DNA of 63,442 nt, counting the filler, from Malassezia furfur (lineage: Eukaryota): the NCBI GenBank assembly GCA_052055015.1. It is 18 parts of 18 records of this genome, joined end to end, with 100 filler letters (N's around TTAATTAATTAA, not from the genome) between each part and the next. Parts side by side here need not be neighbours in the genome. Positions count along the whole stretch, not along the records: positions 35,683 to 39,096 come from JBQJIT010000773.1; positions 39,197 to 42,587 come from JBQJIT010000774.1; positions 42,688 to 46,077 come from JBQJIT010000775.1; positions 46,178 to 49,554 come from JBQJIT010000776.1; 14 more parts are not named here. One strand, 5' to 3'. Below, piece after piece: positions 35,714-46,178 of this stretch. How positions within the stretch are numbered: position 1 is the stretch's first letter; every line of letters begins with the position of its first letter. The notes under the pieces are model-generated. The model was not told the DNA's origin. It did no database searches and was given only the letters and a program-made list of their open reading frames with translations. Position numbers and translations under genes: made by a program.

Positions 35714-37550
35714 ATGCACCTGAACCGCGCCTACACGCCGCCGCCCTCGTCGCGCCCGCCGGACGATCGTCCGTTTGAGCTGCGCTCGAGCATGCCTGGT
35801 GGTACTCTGCATTACGTCACGCCGCTCACGCCCGTACATTTCTTGCTGCGCGCCGCACTCGTCCGGCCAGACAAGCTCGCGATCGTGCACCCCGAGCAGG
35901 GCTATCACTTCACCTATGCGCAATGGGCAGCGCGTGTGCTAAGCCTGGCATTTGCGCTGCGCGAGGTGCCGGGGTGGAAGAGCGGTGACCGCGTCGCGAT
36001 CCTGAGCCCCAACGTGCCGTTGATCGCCGACGCGCACTTTGGCGTGCTGGCTGCCGGCGGAGTCTGCACGCCGCTCAAGTACGTCAACGCGCTGACTTAG
36101 CTACCGCAATTCGCCCAAAGAAATTGAATTTATTCTACAGCATGCCGACGTGCGAGTCGTGCTGGTCGACCATGCCGTGGCACACCTGGTACCACCGAAC
36201 CTGCCGTCGAGTGTCACGGTGGTGGTGTCGCTCGACTCGGGCGGGCAGCGCAAAGACGACGCATACGAAGCGTTCCTGATGCGCGGGCATGCGGCGTGGC
36301 AGGCCGCGCAGCATCATGCTGGTGGCGCGTGCGACTGGGCGCTGCTGACGCAGCCCGCCGACGAACTGGCGACGTGTGCCCTGTGTTACACCTCAGGCAC
36401 GACGGGGCGTCCCAAGGGTGTCGAGTACTCGTTCCGAGGCGCGTACTTAAGTGCGCTGGGCAACGTGATCGAGTCAGGTCTCACGGGCGACTCGGTGTAC
36501 TTGTGGGTGCTGCCCATGTTCCACTGCTGTGGGTGGACCTTTCCCTGGGCAGTGACGGCGGGCATGGGGACGCACTACATGCTGCGCCAGGTGGACTATA
36601 CACAGATCTGGGACGCCTTGCTGCACGGCGGCGTGACGCACTACTCGGGCGCGCCGACCGTGCAGCTCGGCGTGGTGAATGCGCCGCAGGCCAAGCGCCT
36701 CGACCATGCCGTGCGTGTGTCGGTCGCGGCGAGTGCACCGACCGCGACACTGCTGGGGCGCATGGAGGGCCTACAACTGTACCCCGTGCACGTGTATGGG
36801 CTTACCGAGACGGTGCGTATCGTCGCTGATGCAGTACGGTCCGAATACGCGGCGGTTTGCCGAGGCGGCCTGGCAGACGCTCGACTTGGATGCGCGCTCG
36901 CGGCTGCAGGCGCGGCAGGGGCACGCGATGGTCACGAGCGACGAGACGCGCGTTGTGCGGCGCACGGACGAATCGCAGACTGATGCCACGCTCGAGGACG
37001 TGCAGCGCGACGGCCAGGAAGTCGGCGAGATTGTGATGCGGGGCAACATGACGCTCAAGGGCTACTATCGCGACCCTGCCGCGACGGCGCAGGCGACGCG
37101 TGGCGGCTGGTTCCACACGGGCGACCTGGCGGTGCGGTACCCCGGCGGCGAGGTGCAGATTCTGGACCGGGGCAAGGACGTGATCATCTCGGGCGGGGAG
37201 AACATCTCGTCGGTGATGGTGGAGCAGGAGCTGGCGGCGCACCCGTGGGTGAACGAGTCGGCGGTGGTCGCGCGCGTGCATCCGCAGTGGGGCGAGGTGG
37301 TGCACGCGTTTGTGCTGCTATCGCGCGAGGGGGAGCGTGCGCTTGCCGGCAAGGACCCCACGGCGGCTACGGCGGCGCTGGCTCAGGCGCTCGAGGCGCA
37401 CTGCCGGCAGCACATGAGCAAGTTTGCGGTGCCCAAAGCATACACGATCGTCACCGAGCTACCCAAGACGAGCACCGGCAGTACGTTGCGTGCCACACTC
37501 ACGCAGAAATCCAGAAGAAGGTGTTGCGCGAGCGCATCGCGCGCCTGTAG
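35714..37550 (+). CDS. Acyl-CoA synthetase (AMP-binding), probably peroxisomal; introns 36079-36100, 36813-36834 and 37481-37506
   Basis: YTSGTTGRPKG, YGLTETYGP, WFHTGDL, DRGKDVIISGGENISS and LPKTSTGKIQK. The spliced C-terminus -ARL* is PTS1-like. Confidence 0.92.
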
Positions 37551-37659
37551 TGTGCCCCGTGCGTGGCCGTAGGGCGTCGGTAGTCGCGTGGGGCGCCTTC
37601 GGCGTGAACTCGGCCGAGCGAACAATCGCTTTGGATCCTTCTCCGCCACGCCCTTCACC

Positions 37660-39096
37660 ATGGCCGGCGTCGAGGCGGTGCCCGATGTGCCCACCTGCCG
37701 CATCTGCCGCATGGAGGAAGAGCCTGGTGTGCCGCTGTATCGCCCATGTCGCTGCAGCGGGAGTATCCAGTACTGCCACCAGGAGTGGTACGTGTGCGCC
37801 GACTCACCCAGCCTCGTGCAATGGCTCCAGCACAGCCAAAAGACTTACTGCGAGCTGTGCAACTACTCGTTTGTGTTCCACAAGCGCTATACCCACTCAA
37901 TGCCGCCGGGCACGCTGCCTGTGTGGCTATACGTGCGCTACATTGCGTGGCGCACCACGCAGACCGTCACGTACGTCGTGCGCGCCGCGGTCGTTCTGTT
38001 TGCCTGGCTGCTGCTCGTGCCGTACACAACGTACCGCGTGTGGCGCATGTACTTCAACGTCGGCGACCGGATCGCCGACGCGATGCTCGGTACGCACATC
38101 TTCCGCGCGAGCGCCGCCGCAGCCCACGCCGCACCGTGGCCCGCGCTGGTGTGGACGTCGCCGCGCGCGCTCCTTGCGTCGCTCGTGGCGCTCGCGCGGC
38201 GCGTGTTCGACGAGGTCACCGAGACGTGGGTCACGTCGGTCGTCGTGACCGGCAGTGTGGTGCTCTCGTTCGTCGCCGTGCTGCTGCTGCGCGAGTGGGT
38301 CATGCACAACGTGCCCGATGCACCGGCGCCGCTCGAGGACGACGCGCCGGCGCCCGCCGAGGACGCGGCGCGCGAGCGCATGCGCATCGCGGCGCTTGCG
38401 ACCGCGCAGGCGCGTGCGGAGCACATGCTCGCCGCCGACCCCGCGCAGATGGCGTACGACGACCTGGCACGTGCGGCGCTGCTCCAGGCGCCCCATGCGG
38501 GTGCGCCCGTCGTGGAGCCCGGCGCGCCGCGGCCTGCGCCTCCTGTGTGGGGCGCCGCACCGGACGCCGACGAGGACGCGTGGACCGATGACGAGCCGGC
38601 AGGCGCGCCCGACGCGGTCGGCGCGGACGACGAGTGGGTCGACGAGACGGACAGCGAGGCGTCGCACGACGCGGACCGCGCGCACGACCTTGCGGCGCAC
38701 ATGGAGGCGCATGCGGTGTTTCCGCAGGCGGTGCGGGACGACGAGGACGACGAGGACGACGAATTTGGCTGGGACGACGTCGATGGCGGCGACCACTTTG
38801 CCGAGGACATCGAGAGCGTGCTCGAGGCCGTTGGCCTGCTCGGCCCGTTCGTCAACTTCCTGCAGACCCTCGCGCTCGTGCAGGCGCTCGCGGTGTCGGT
38901 GATTACGGTGTTTGTCGCGATCCCCTACTGTGCCGGCCGCCTGCTGGGCTTCCGCGTGCTCGACCTGGTGCTGCTCCCGGCGCAGGCGCTGCGCCGCGTG
39001 ACCGACCCCGTGTTTGAGGCGGCGCTCGCTGTGGTGCTCGCGCCCGTGCGCTGGGCGTGGCCTGCAGCGCTCGAGGCGCGCGCCGTGCCGGCCGCT
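37660..39096 (+). CDS. DOA10: ERAD RING-CH E3 ligase Doa10/Ssm4, 3' truncated; 24-nt intron 37788-37811
   Basis: CRICR..[24 protein letters not shown]..CELC after splicing, followed by TM segments and LLREWV. Confidence 0.9.
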
Positions 39097-39196
39097 NNNN
39101 NNNNNNNNNNNNNNNNNNNNNNNNNNNNNNNNNNNNNNNNTTAATTAATTAANNNNNNNNNNNNNNNNNNNNNNNNNNNNNNNNNNNNNNNNNNNN

Positions 39197-40322
39197 CGGC
39201 GATGGCGAACGACGCGGCGTCCGTGGCCGCGCCGGTGGCCGACGACGGCGGTGCCGAGGCATCCGCCGTGTCGTTTTTCGGGGGCTGCTTGTCGTCCTTC
39301 GGCGCTTGCGGCTCGGTGGCCTCGAGCGTGCGCAGCTCCTCGGCGTACAGCTCCTGGACCAGCGCACCGCCCAGCTTCTCCTCGAGCCACTCGAGCGCGC
39401 CGAGGTCCATCACCACCTTGGGGTACTGCAGCACCTGGTACGCGTGCAGCTCACCAGGCTGCTTGGCGTGCTCGGGGCGCGGGCGCGCGTGCGGCGGAAG
39501 CTTGTGCAGCGCCAGCACCTCGACGTTCGGCAGGTTGCGCGCGGCCACCGTGAAGCTGCGCGCGTAGCGTGCGTGGCGCTCCAGCTGCTCCACGTCGTAC
39601 TCCATGTCGGCCGCCGACGGACGCGCCTCGGCCGCGCGGTCGCTCGCGGGGTTCGTCGGCCGCCGCGGCGCAGTGAGGAACACGGCGTGGTCCCACGCCT
39701 TGTCGCGCAGCAGCCGCGCGAGCTTGTTGGTCGACACAGGCGGGCGCTGCCACTGCAGGCTCGGCACGACGTGCAGGTTGCCCTCGCGCAGGCGCGCGCT
39801 GAGGGCGGAGCGCAGTGCCAGTTCGCGGACCTTGCGCGGGAGGTCCGTCGCAAAGTCGCGCGGGTGCGGGCCGTGGGCGACACCACCCTTGCGGAGCATC
39901 GGGTTGCCGGCATCGCTCAGGCGTGCGTGGCCTGTCCCCTTTTGCGGGCGCAGGCGCTTGCCCGAGAAGGCGACGTCGGAGCGGGTCTTGGTGCTCGCCG
40001 TGCCGCTGCGCAGCGCATCGAGGTAATACACGGTGGCGAGATGCATGGCGTGCTGGTGCGGCGGCGTGTTGAACACATGCGACGAGAGCGGCACGTACTG
40101 GTGCGCTGGCGCGCCGTCGCCCGTCGGCCGCGTCGCCGGGTCGAGGTAGGCTAGGCGCGCGTGCACCACGGGCTCGGTGCGCTCCAGCGCGAAAAACTCG
40201 GGCACCGGCGCAGGCACCGCGTCCTCACCCGCGGTGTGGGTGCGCGAGGCGCTCGTGTGCACTGGGCGCGCGGCGTGCGCGCCCAGCCATCCGCGCGCGC
40301 TTCGCACGGCGCGGCTCAGCAT
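39197..40322 (-). CDS. YML6: Mitochondrial ribosomal protein uL4m, 3' end truncated
   Basis: Presequence, then RSGTASTKTRSDV..SGKRLRPQKGTGHARL...GGVAHGPHPRDF..DLPRKV. Confidence 0.92.
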
Positions 40323-40496
40323 GGTCGTTCCGGCGGACGACGTTCCACTCGGCCGAAATATTAGTCAGCGATGAAACTGTATGGTTCCGCACGCATCACG
40401 TGGATGCGCGCGAAAAGCAGCGGGGCGCACCTGGCGTCTCATTGTTCCCTCACATCAAGGTGGGTGTGCTGCACGACCGCCTGTACTAACCACCAG

Positions 40497-40968
40497 ATGT
40501 CTGAGTCGAAGGGTGCTACGCCGTTCGTTTCGTGCTTCGGTAAGAAGAAGACCGCGACGGCTGTCGCCCACGCTCGCGAGGGCAAGGGCCTCATCCGCCT
40601 CAACGGCCAGCCGCTCAGCCTCGTGACCCCCGAGACGCTCCGCATCAAGGCGTTTGAGCCGGTGCTCGTCGTCGGCGAGGACAAGTTCGCGTACGTTTCT
40701 TAGCGCGCTGACCAGCAGCAACGTCGACATCCGCATCAAGGTCTCGGGTGGTGGCCACGTCTCGCAGATCTACGCGATCCGCCAGGCGATTGCCAAGGCG
40801 CTCGTGGCTTACTACGCCAAGTACTACGACGCCGCCTCGGCGCTCGAGCTCCGCCAGCTCTTCATCTCGTACGACCGCACGCTCCTCATTGCCGACCCGC
40901 GCCGCTGCGAGCCCAAGAAGTTCGGTGGTCGTGGTGCCCGCGCGCGCCGCCAGAAGTCGTACCGTTAA
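40497..40968 (+). CDS. RPS16: 40S ribosomal protein uS9/S16; intron 40691-40718
   Basis: [28 protein letters not shown] and [24 protein letters not shown]. Probable 5'-UTR intron at 40460-40496. Confidence 0.97.
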
Positions 40969-41346
40969 GGTACTCTGTGCGCAGGACCTTGCGTGGATCG
41001 TTTGCAGGATCACGTTTTGCCTGGGCTGTATGGAGCGCGGTGCTCTGTAACCTACGCATGTGGCCCGGTGTGGCTGCGTCGCGAAAACCTCGTGTATCCA
41101 GAGGAATATATGCCTTTACCCCAAGTGTGTGTGTGTTGATGGGTGCCTTGGTGCACCTCGGTCCATAGTGTGTGCGGTGGTGCAACAGGGCGGCAGTGCG
41201 GTAGTGCGGTGCGGCCCAGGCCGGCCGCGCGTAGACACGAGGTGCCAGGGCCGTACGCCCGTGAGCGTCCCTCGCGTCTTCCCCTGGCTGCCCTCGCCTC
41301 TGTGCCCCCGCCGGTCTCGTCGCGTCCCCTCTCCCGCTACGTCTCC

Positions 41347-42587
41347 CTACTTGGCCTCGGCACGCGGGCGCGCTTGCAGCTCCTGCAGCCGCTGCGCAAG
41401 CCGCTGCGACTCGGTGACAATCACCGCCTCGTTCACCCACGCGCCTTGGAACGTCTCGGCATGCCGCATCTCTTCCGCGCCAAAGTCGGTCACACCGCCC
41501 GCCCCGTCGCCGCCGCGCCCGCCGTGCGCGGTGCCGAGCAGGGTATCCAAGTCGCGCGCCTGGCTCGTGATCCACGTGTGCAGGTGCTGCTGCGGGTCCT
41601 GCGCAAACGACGTAAAGAACTGGCGCGCCGCGGCGCGGTTGCGGATCGTCATGGCGGTCTGCGCGATCTGCTCGTCGAGCGCCGCGATCTCGTTGCTCGT
41701 CGTGCTGTTCGCGTCGAAGCGCGCGAGCACGTTGTGCTGCCGCGTGCGCACCGCCCAGTCGTCCATCTCGAGCTCGATGTCAAACGCAAAGGGGTGCTTG
41801 TGCTCCGCCTTGTCGGTGTGCACGATGTACTCGAGCACGATCGGCTGGGGCAGGTGCAAGAAGCGGTGCAGCACCTCGGGTATGTGGTGGAAGTTGATCG
41901 TGGGCGTCCGGAAGAGCGCCTGGAGCGGCGCATCGAGCCGCACGACGCGGTGGTCGTTGTCGTCGAGCAGGCGGCGGCTCTTGATGTAGCCCCACAGCGC
42001 ACTCAGCACGCCCGCGCGCGTGTCCTCCTGCACGTCGAGCAGCTGCGCGAGCGGCTGTGCCACCGAGTAGCGCTCCGGCACATACAGGGGGTACAGCACA
42101 ATCTTGGCCTTCACCGGCACACTGCCGGTGCGCTTGATCTCGAAGCCGTCCAGCGCGGGCTCCGACGAGTGGATGAGCGGGTGCTCCGTCGCGGTGCTCC
42201 CGCCCGTGCCCGGCACGGGCGGCTGCGGCGCAACCGACGGCGCGGGGCGGTGCCATTCCACCACGTCGCCCTGGCCGCCGTCGGGGTACAGCGCAGGGTC
42301 GCGCTCGAGCTCCACGACACACGACTTGATCAGGTTGCTGAACTTGTGCGCGCCGATGCGGCTCGCGGTCGCCTGCGCGGACAGCGCCGCCCCCGCACGC
42401 GACCGGAAGCTCGGGTCGAGCAGGCGGCCCTCGATGCGCAGCGTCCACGAGGGCACCTCTTGTGCGGCCTTTTCCTTGGAGCGCGCATCGAGCTCGTCGC
42501 CGTCGAGCTCCTCGGTGGTCGCGCCGTCCTTCTGCTCGAGCTGGAACGGCTGGTTCGCACACGTGTTGCTCACAAACACGCGCAGCG
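41347..42587 (-). CDS. SNF12: SWI/SNF-RSC SWIB-domain subunit Snf12/Rsc6 (BAF60), 5' truncated
   Basis: WTLRIEGRLLD, LDGFEIKR, ALWGYIKSRRL and FAQDPQQHLHTWITSQARDL. Confidence 0.92.
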
Positions 42588-42687
42588 NNNNNNNNNNNNN
42601 NNNNNNNNNNNNNNNNNNNNNNNNNNNNNNNTTAATTAATTAANNNNNNNNNNNNNNNNNNNNNNNNNNNNNNNNNNNNNNNNNNNN

Positions 42688-43872
42688 GCCAATCGCCACG
42701 ACAATTGTCGCATTTTTGACGTACTGCCGAAGCAGGTCGTAGATGGATTGCTCCGAGTACCGCACAAGGTCCGGGGAAATGCGTGCGGTCGAGTCGTGGG
42801 TGACCAAGTCGCCAGTGACAATTCCCAGGTCGAATGATCCATCTTGCTGCGCCAGAGCCGAGATCGCTTGCATGGCCGATTCCACCAGAGACCATGGCGA
42901 GTCGCATTGGTACCAGCCCCAATAGCCAGCGGGTTCCGAGATATTTTCTTTCGGGAGTGTCCCGGGCTCAAACGTAGGCTGTGCCAGGGTAGAATTAAAC
43001 GAGTCGGCGCGACAGCATTGGCCGCTGTCGCAGTTGGCCTCAGCGCCGACCATGTACCGAGGATCGAGATGAATATCCGAAAGATGGAGCACCCGCAATG
43101 GTTGATCGCGAGCAGGACCCACTTTGTTTCGTACGCCTGTAAGAATGGGGTGCTCTGGTGCACTCTGGTTGAACCAAGATTGATAGAATTCGCCGCGGTT
43201 ATCCCACACGCTGATATTGATCTTTGGGCACGGCTCTTCGTCCACAAGGTAGGCGCAGATGTGATCTGCCGCGGCCGTGCTGTTGGTGAAGTTTGCATAG
43301 CTGAGAAGTTGTGTGTACATTGTTCCCATCTGTCCCGCACTGTACCTAGCTTCGCAGTCGGTCTTGGGGTCTTGCGATTTGGTATAGTTGAAGTTTACGC
43401 ACAGTTCCACCAACGTATCTGTCACACCTGAAGGGGTAGACCTTGCCACACTCTGTCCAATAGACAGTGCCCTGCGACAGGTATCGCACACGGTGCTGTT
43501 AGGGTCACGAATCATATCTGTAATGTTTTTGACGACAGACTCTTGGGACTCGAAGCCGCCCGTGGCGCCTTGCGTGGGCTCAGGCAAAACACCCGACGTT
43601 GTTGGTGTCGGATTGGGCAGCATCGTCGGATTCACAAGCGTATCATTGAATCTCCCACTGCTTAGGCTCGTGATTACCGGACGCGGCTCCGCTTCGTGTC
43701 CGGACGGCATAAAGTCCATGGACCCAAAGTCGGACGTCGGAAATGCGGATGACGCCGTGTAGACGGCAGTTCCATCGGGGAGATTCAGTGCATAGTCCGT
43801 AGACGTAGCACACAGCGCGGTAGTGATCCAACTCACGGTTGAAACCGCGACTCCAAAGGCTCGTGCTCTCAT
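42688..43872 (-). CDS. Secreted acid-sphingomyelinase-like phosphodiesterase, N-terminal half, 3' truncated
   Basis: Signal peptide, saposin-like Cys pattern (CDTC...LC...C...IC), LHLSDIHLDPRY, CCR, WGWYQCDSP and TGDLVTHD. Confidence 0.88.
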
Positions 43873-44399
43873 CGCGGTGGAGGTGGCTTGCCTCGGTCGC
43901 ACGGGCGCTTGGCAATAAGACCCTTGCGGACGTCACCCCACATGGCTGTGTATTCTGAAAATTTATTTGCAAGTATCAAATTAAGGTTCCAATCTGCGCA
44001 CCTTATTCGTCCTGTTCACTCTGGGGCCTAACGAGGTCTTTACCACGAGTCGTGATGCAGCCGCACCTGCCAATGTACGCGAGTCGTATTTTAACCACGA
44101 TAAAATAGAAGAAGTATAGCAACTGACTAGTATGAGTATCAAGGATACAAATTCGGTTCGAACCAGGGCTCAATGAGCCGTCGTGAATACCGCGTATTTG
44201 ATGTTAAAAATATCCTATTGACCTTGGTTGATTGAAGCAAGATTGTGAACTGGGCAATACTACCGTAGCTCATCACCTCTCGCATTTGACAATGCCTAAC
44301 TCAGTTATGGGTCGTAGAGATTTATCTTTAACAAGACAGGCTTCAAATTCGCGCTTATGATTTATTCCTTCTTCTTCACGGGCTTGACAAAATCTACTT

Positions 44400-44880
44400 G
44401 GTCGGACCAGCTAGTGCAAGTCACACGTTGGATCCCAAATGAACGCCGCAGTGTAGGCGTTTCCATTCTTGATGCAATCAATCATACCCTGAGAGCAGTA
44501 ACCGCTACTGTGGGGATCAATGCGGGAGCTGTTACGCACTTGGCGCTGGTTAGATTGAAGATGATTTCCGGGCTTGGCAAGTCCAATGCAACCCTATACC
44601 AAAAGACCATATTCAAGGAAACATTCAATGGCCATAAAGTGTCGCCATGGACATAAAAATTCTCAGTGAAATTCCCGTATGTTTCACGAGCAGAGTACAG
44701 CTTTCGCATTACAGGACCATGATCAGTCAGGTTCTTGAATTCATCCACAATTGTGTAGTATCGATGATAGTCCATCACCTCTTATGTCTCTGGACCGACC
44801 TCATAAATTCGGAACGACGGCTGCAAGTTATAATTAAGCGTGAATGAAGGCGCGATAAACGCGTGCGCGACTTGGTCTTC
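44400..44880 (-). pseudogene. Decayed fragment of a sphingomyelinase C-terminal region
   Basis: AHAFIAPSFTLNYNLQPSFRIYEVGPET*EVMDYHRYYTIVDEFKNLTD parallels the copy at 45114-46077. In-frame TAA at 44782-44784, a later frameshift, and no N-terminal part. Confidence 0.82.
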
Positions 44881-45113
44881 ATGTAGATTAGCATCATTGC
44901 CTTAGCGCCCTTGGAACGCTCATACGAATTTAGCGCGCTCAATGACGCAGCCCGTCGGCCAATTGAAGCCAAAATGGTCTTTGTTACCAAGTAGTATTAA
45001 TGATATCTGATCGTTCTCCGTACTGAACGATACCCAGCCTGGCCATGTGCGCACGTAATTTAACTTTATAGAGAAAGGTCTTCAAGGCGAATTTGTTTTA
45101 ATTGCCCTCACCA

Positions 45114-46077
45114 TCAGGGCGATGATTGATAATAGTTTCCAATTTTCATGTGTTCCGTTAAATCCAAAGCACAGTCTCTGTTACACATGAGAGGGAACCG
45201 GGGACTGTTACGTGTTTGATGTTGATAGAACGGTGTAATATTTTCCGGGTGATAAAAGTACTCCATCTGGAGCGAGAACCAAAACTCTGTATTCAACGAC
45301 GCATTGGATGGCCATTGAGAGCTGCCATCATCAATGTATGACTTTGTGAAATTCCCATATGCCTCGCGAGCAGAGTATAGCTTGCGCCACACTGGGCCTT
45401 GATCGGTTAAATTCCTGAATTCATCCACAATTGTATAGTATTGATGGTAGTCCATCACCTCGTACGATTCCGGGTCAATTTCATAAATCCGAAAAGATGG
45501 CTGTAAGTTGAAATTCGGAGTCAGGGACGGCGCAATGAGCGCATGTCCGACCGTCCATTGAAATTCACCTGAGACAGGATATGTGGATGTCAAATTGGGA
45601 AAGAAGTGGAATTGGTCTTTGTGCGTATGCCCGAAAAAGATATGCGCGATAGTCGCAGCATAGTGTGAGACAATATAATTGAAAAGATTTGATGCACCAA
45701 GAACCGAGTAGCTTGTATCCCACCCAGTTGGAACACTCGCGATGATCCATGCGCGCTCGTTCGCCGCATTTGCCCGGTAGAGTTCATCCGTCAGCCAGTG
45801 AAATACACCGCTTGGATCTGGCTCTTCAGGACTGATGTAGTTAAATAAGTTGCCTGAATACCAGAAATCGGAGTTGATGGAAATAATACGCAAGCCCTCT
45901 CGCGGGCTAATCGAATACCCTCCATAGTGCGTCCGGATACTGTCCGCCGTACTGTCATTTCCCCACCCCTCGGATTTGACCAATGCTGCAATATTTTCGT
46001 AGTCCCAAGCAAGTTGCTTACCATGATCATTGGGGAGTTTGTCCGGCATTGCCTGGCCTGGTGGTGCTGTGTCACTA
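45114..46077 (-). CDS. Acid-sphingomyelinase-like phosphodiesterase, C-terminal half, 5' truncated
   Basis: GGYS..GLRIISINSDFWY..N, DPSG...WL..EL, FFGHTHKDQF and PSLTP..NLQPSFRIY. Confidence 0.85.
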
Positions 46078-46178
46078 NNNNNNNNNNNNNNNNNNNNNNN
46101 NNNNNNNNNNNNNNNNNNNNNTTAATTAATTAANNNNNNNNNNNNNNNNNNNNNNNNNNNNNNNNNNNNNNNNNNNNC

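Noticed and set aside
42688..46077. Bacterial horizontal transfer or contamination to explain the low GC
   Set aside because: The signal peptide, saposin-like Cys pattern and many N-glycosylation sequons fit eukaryotic/fungal acid sphingomyelinases. Contamination is not formally excluded without coverage data.
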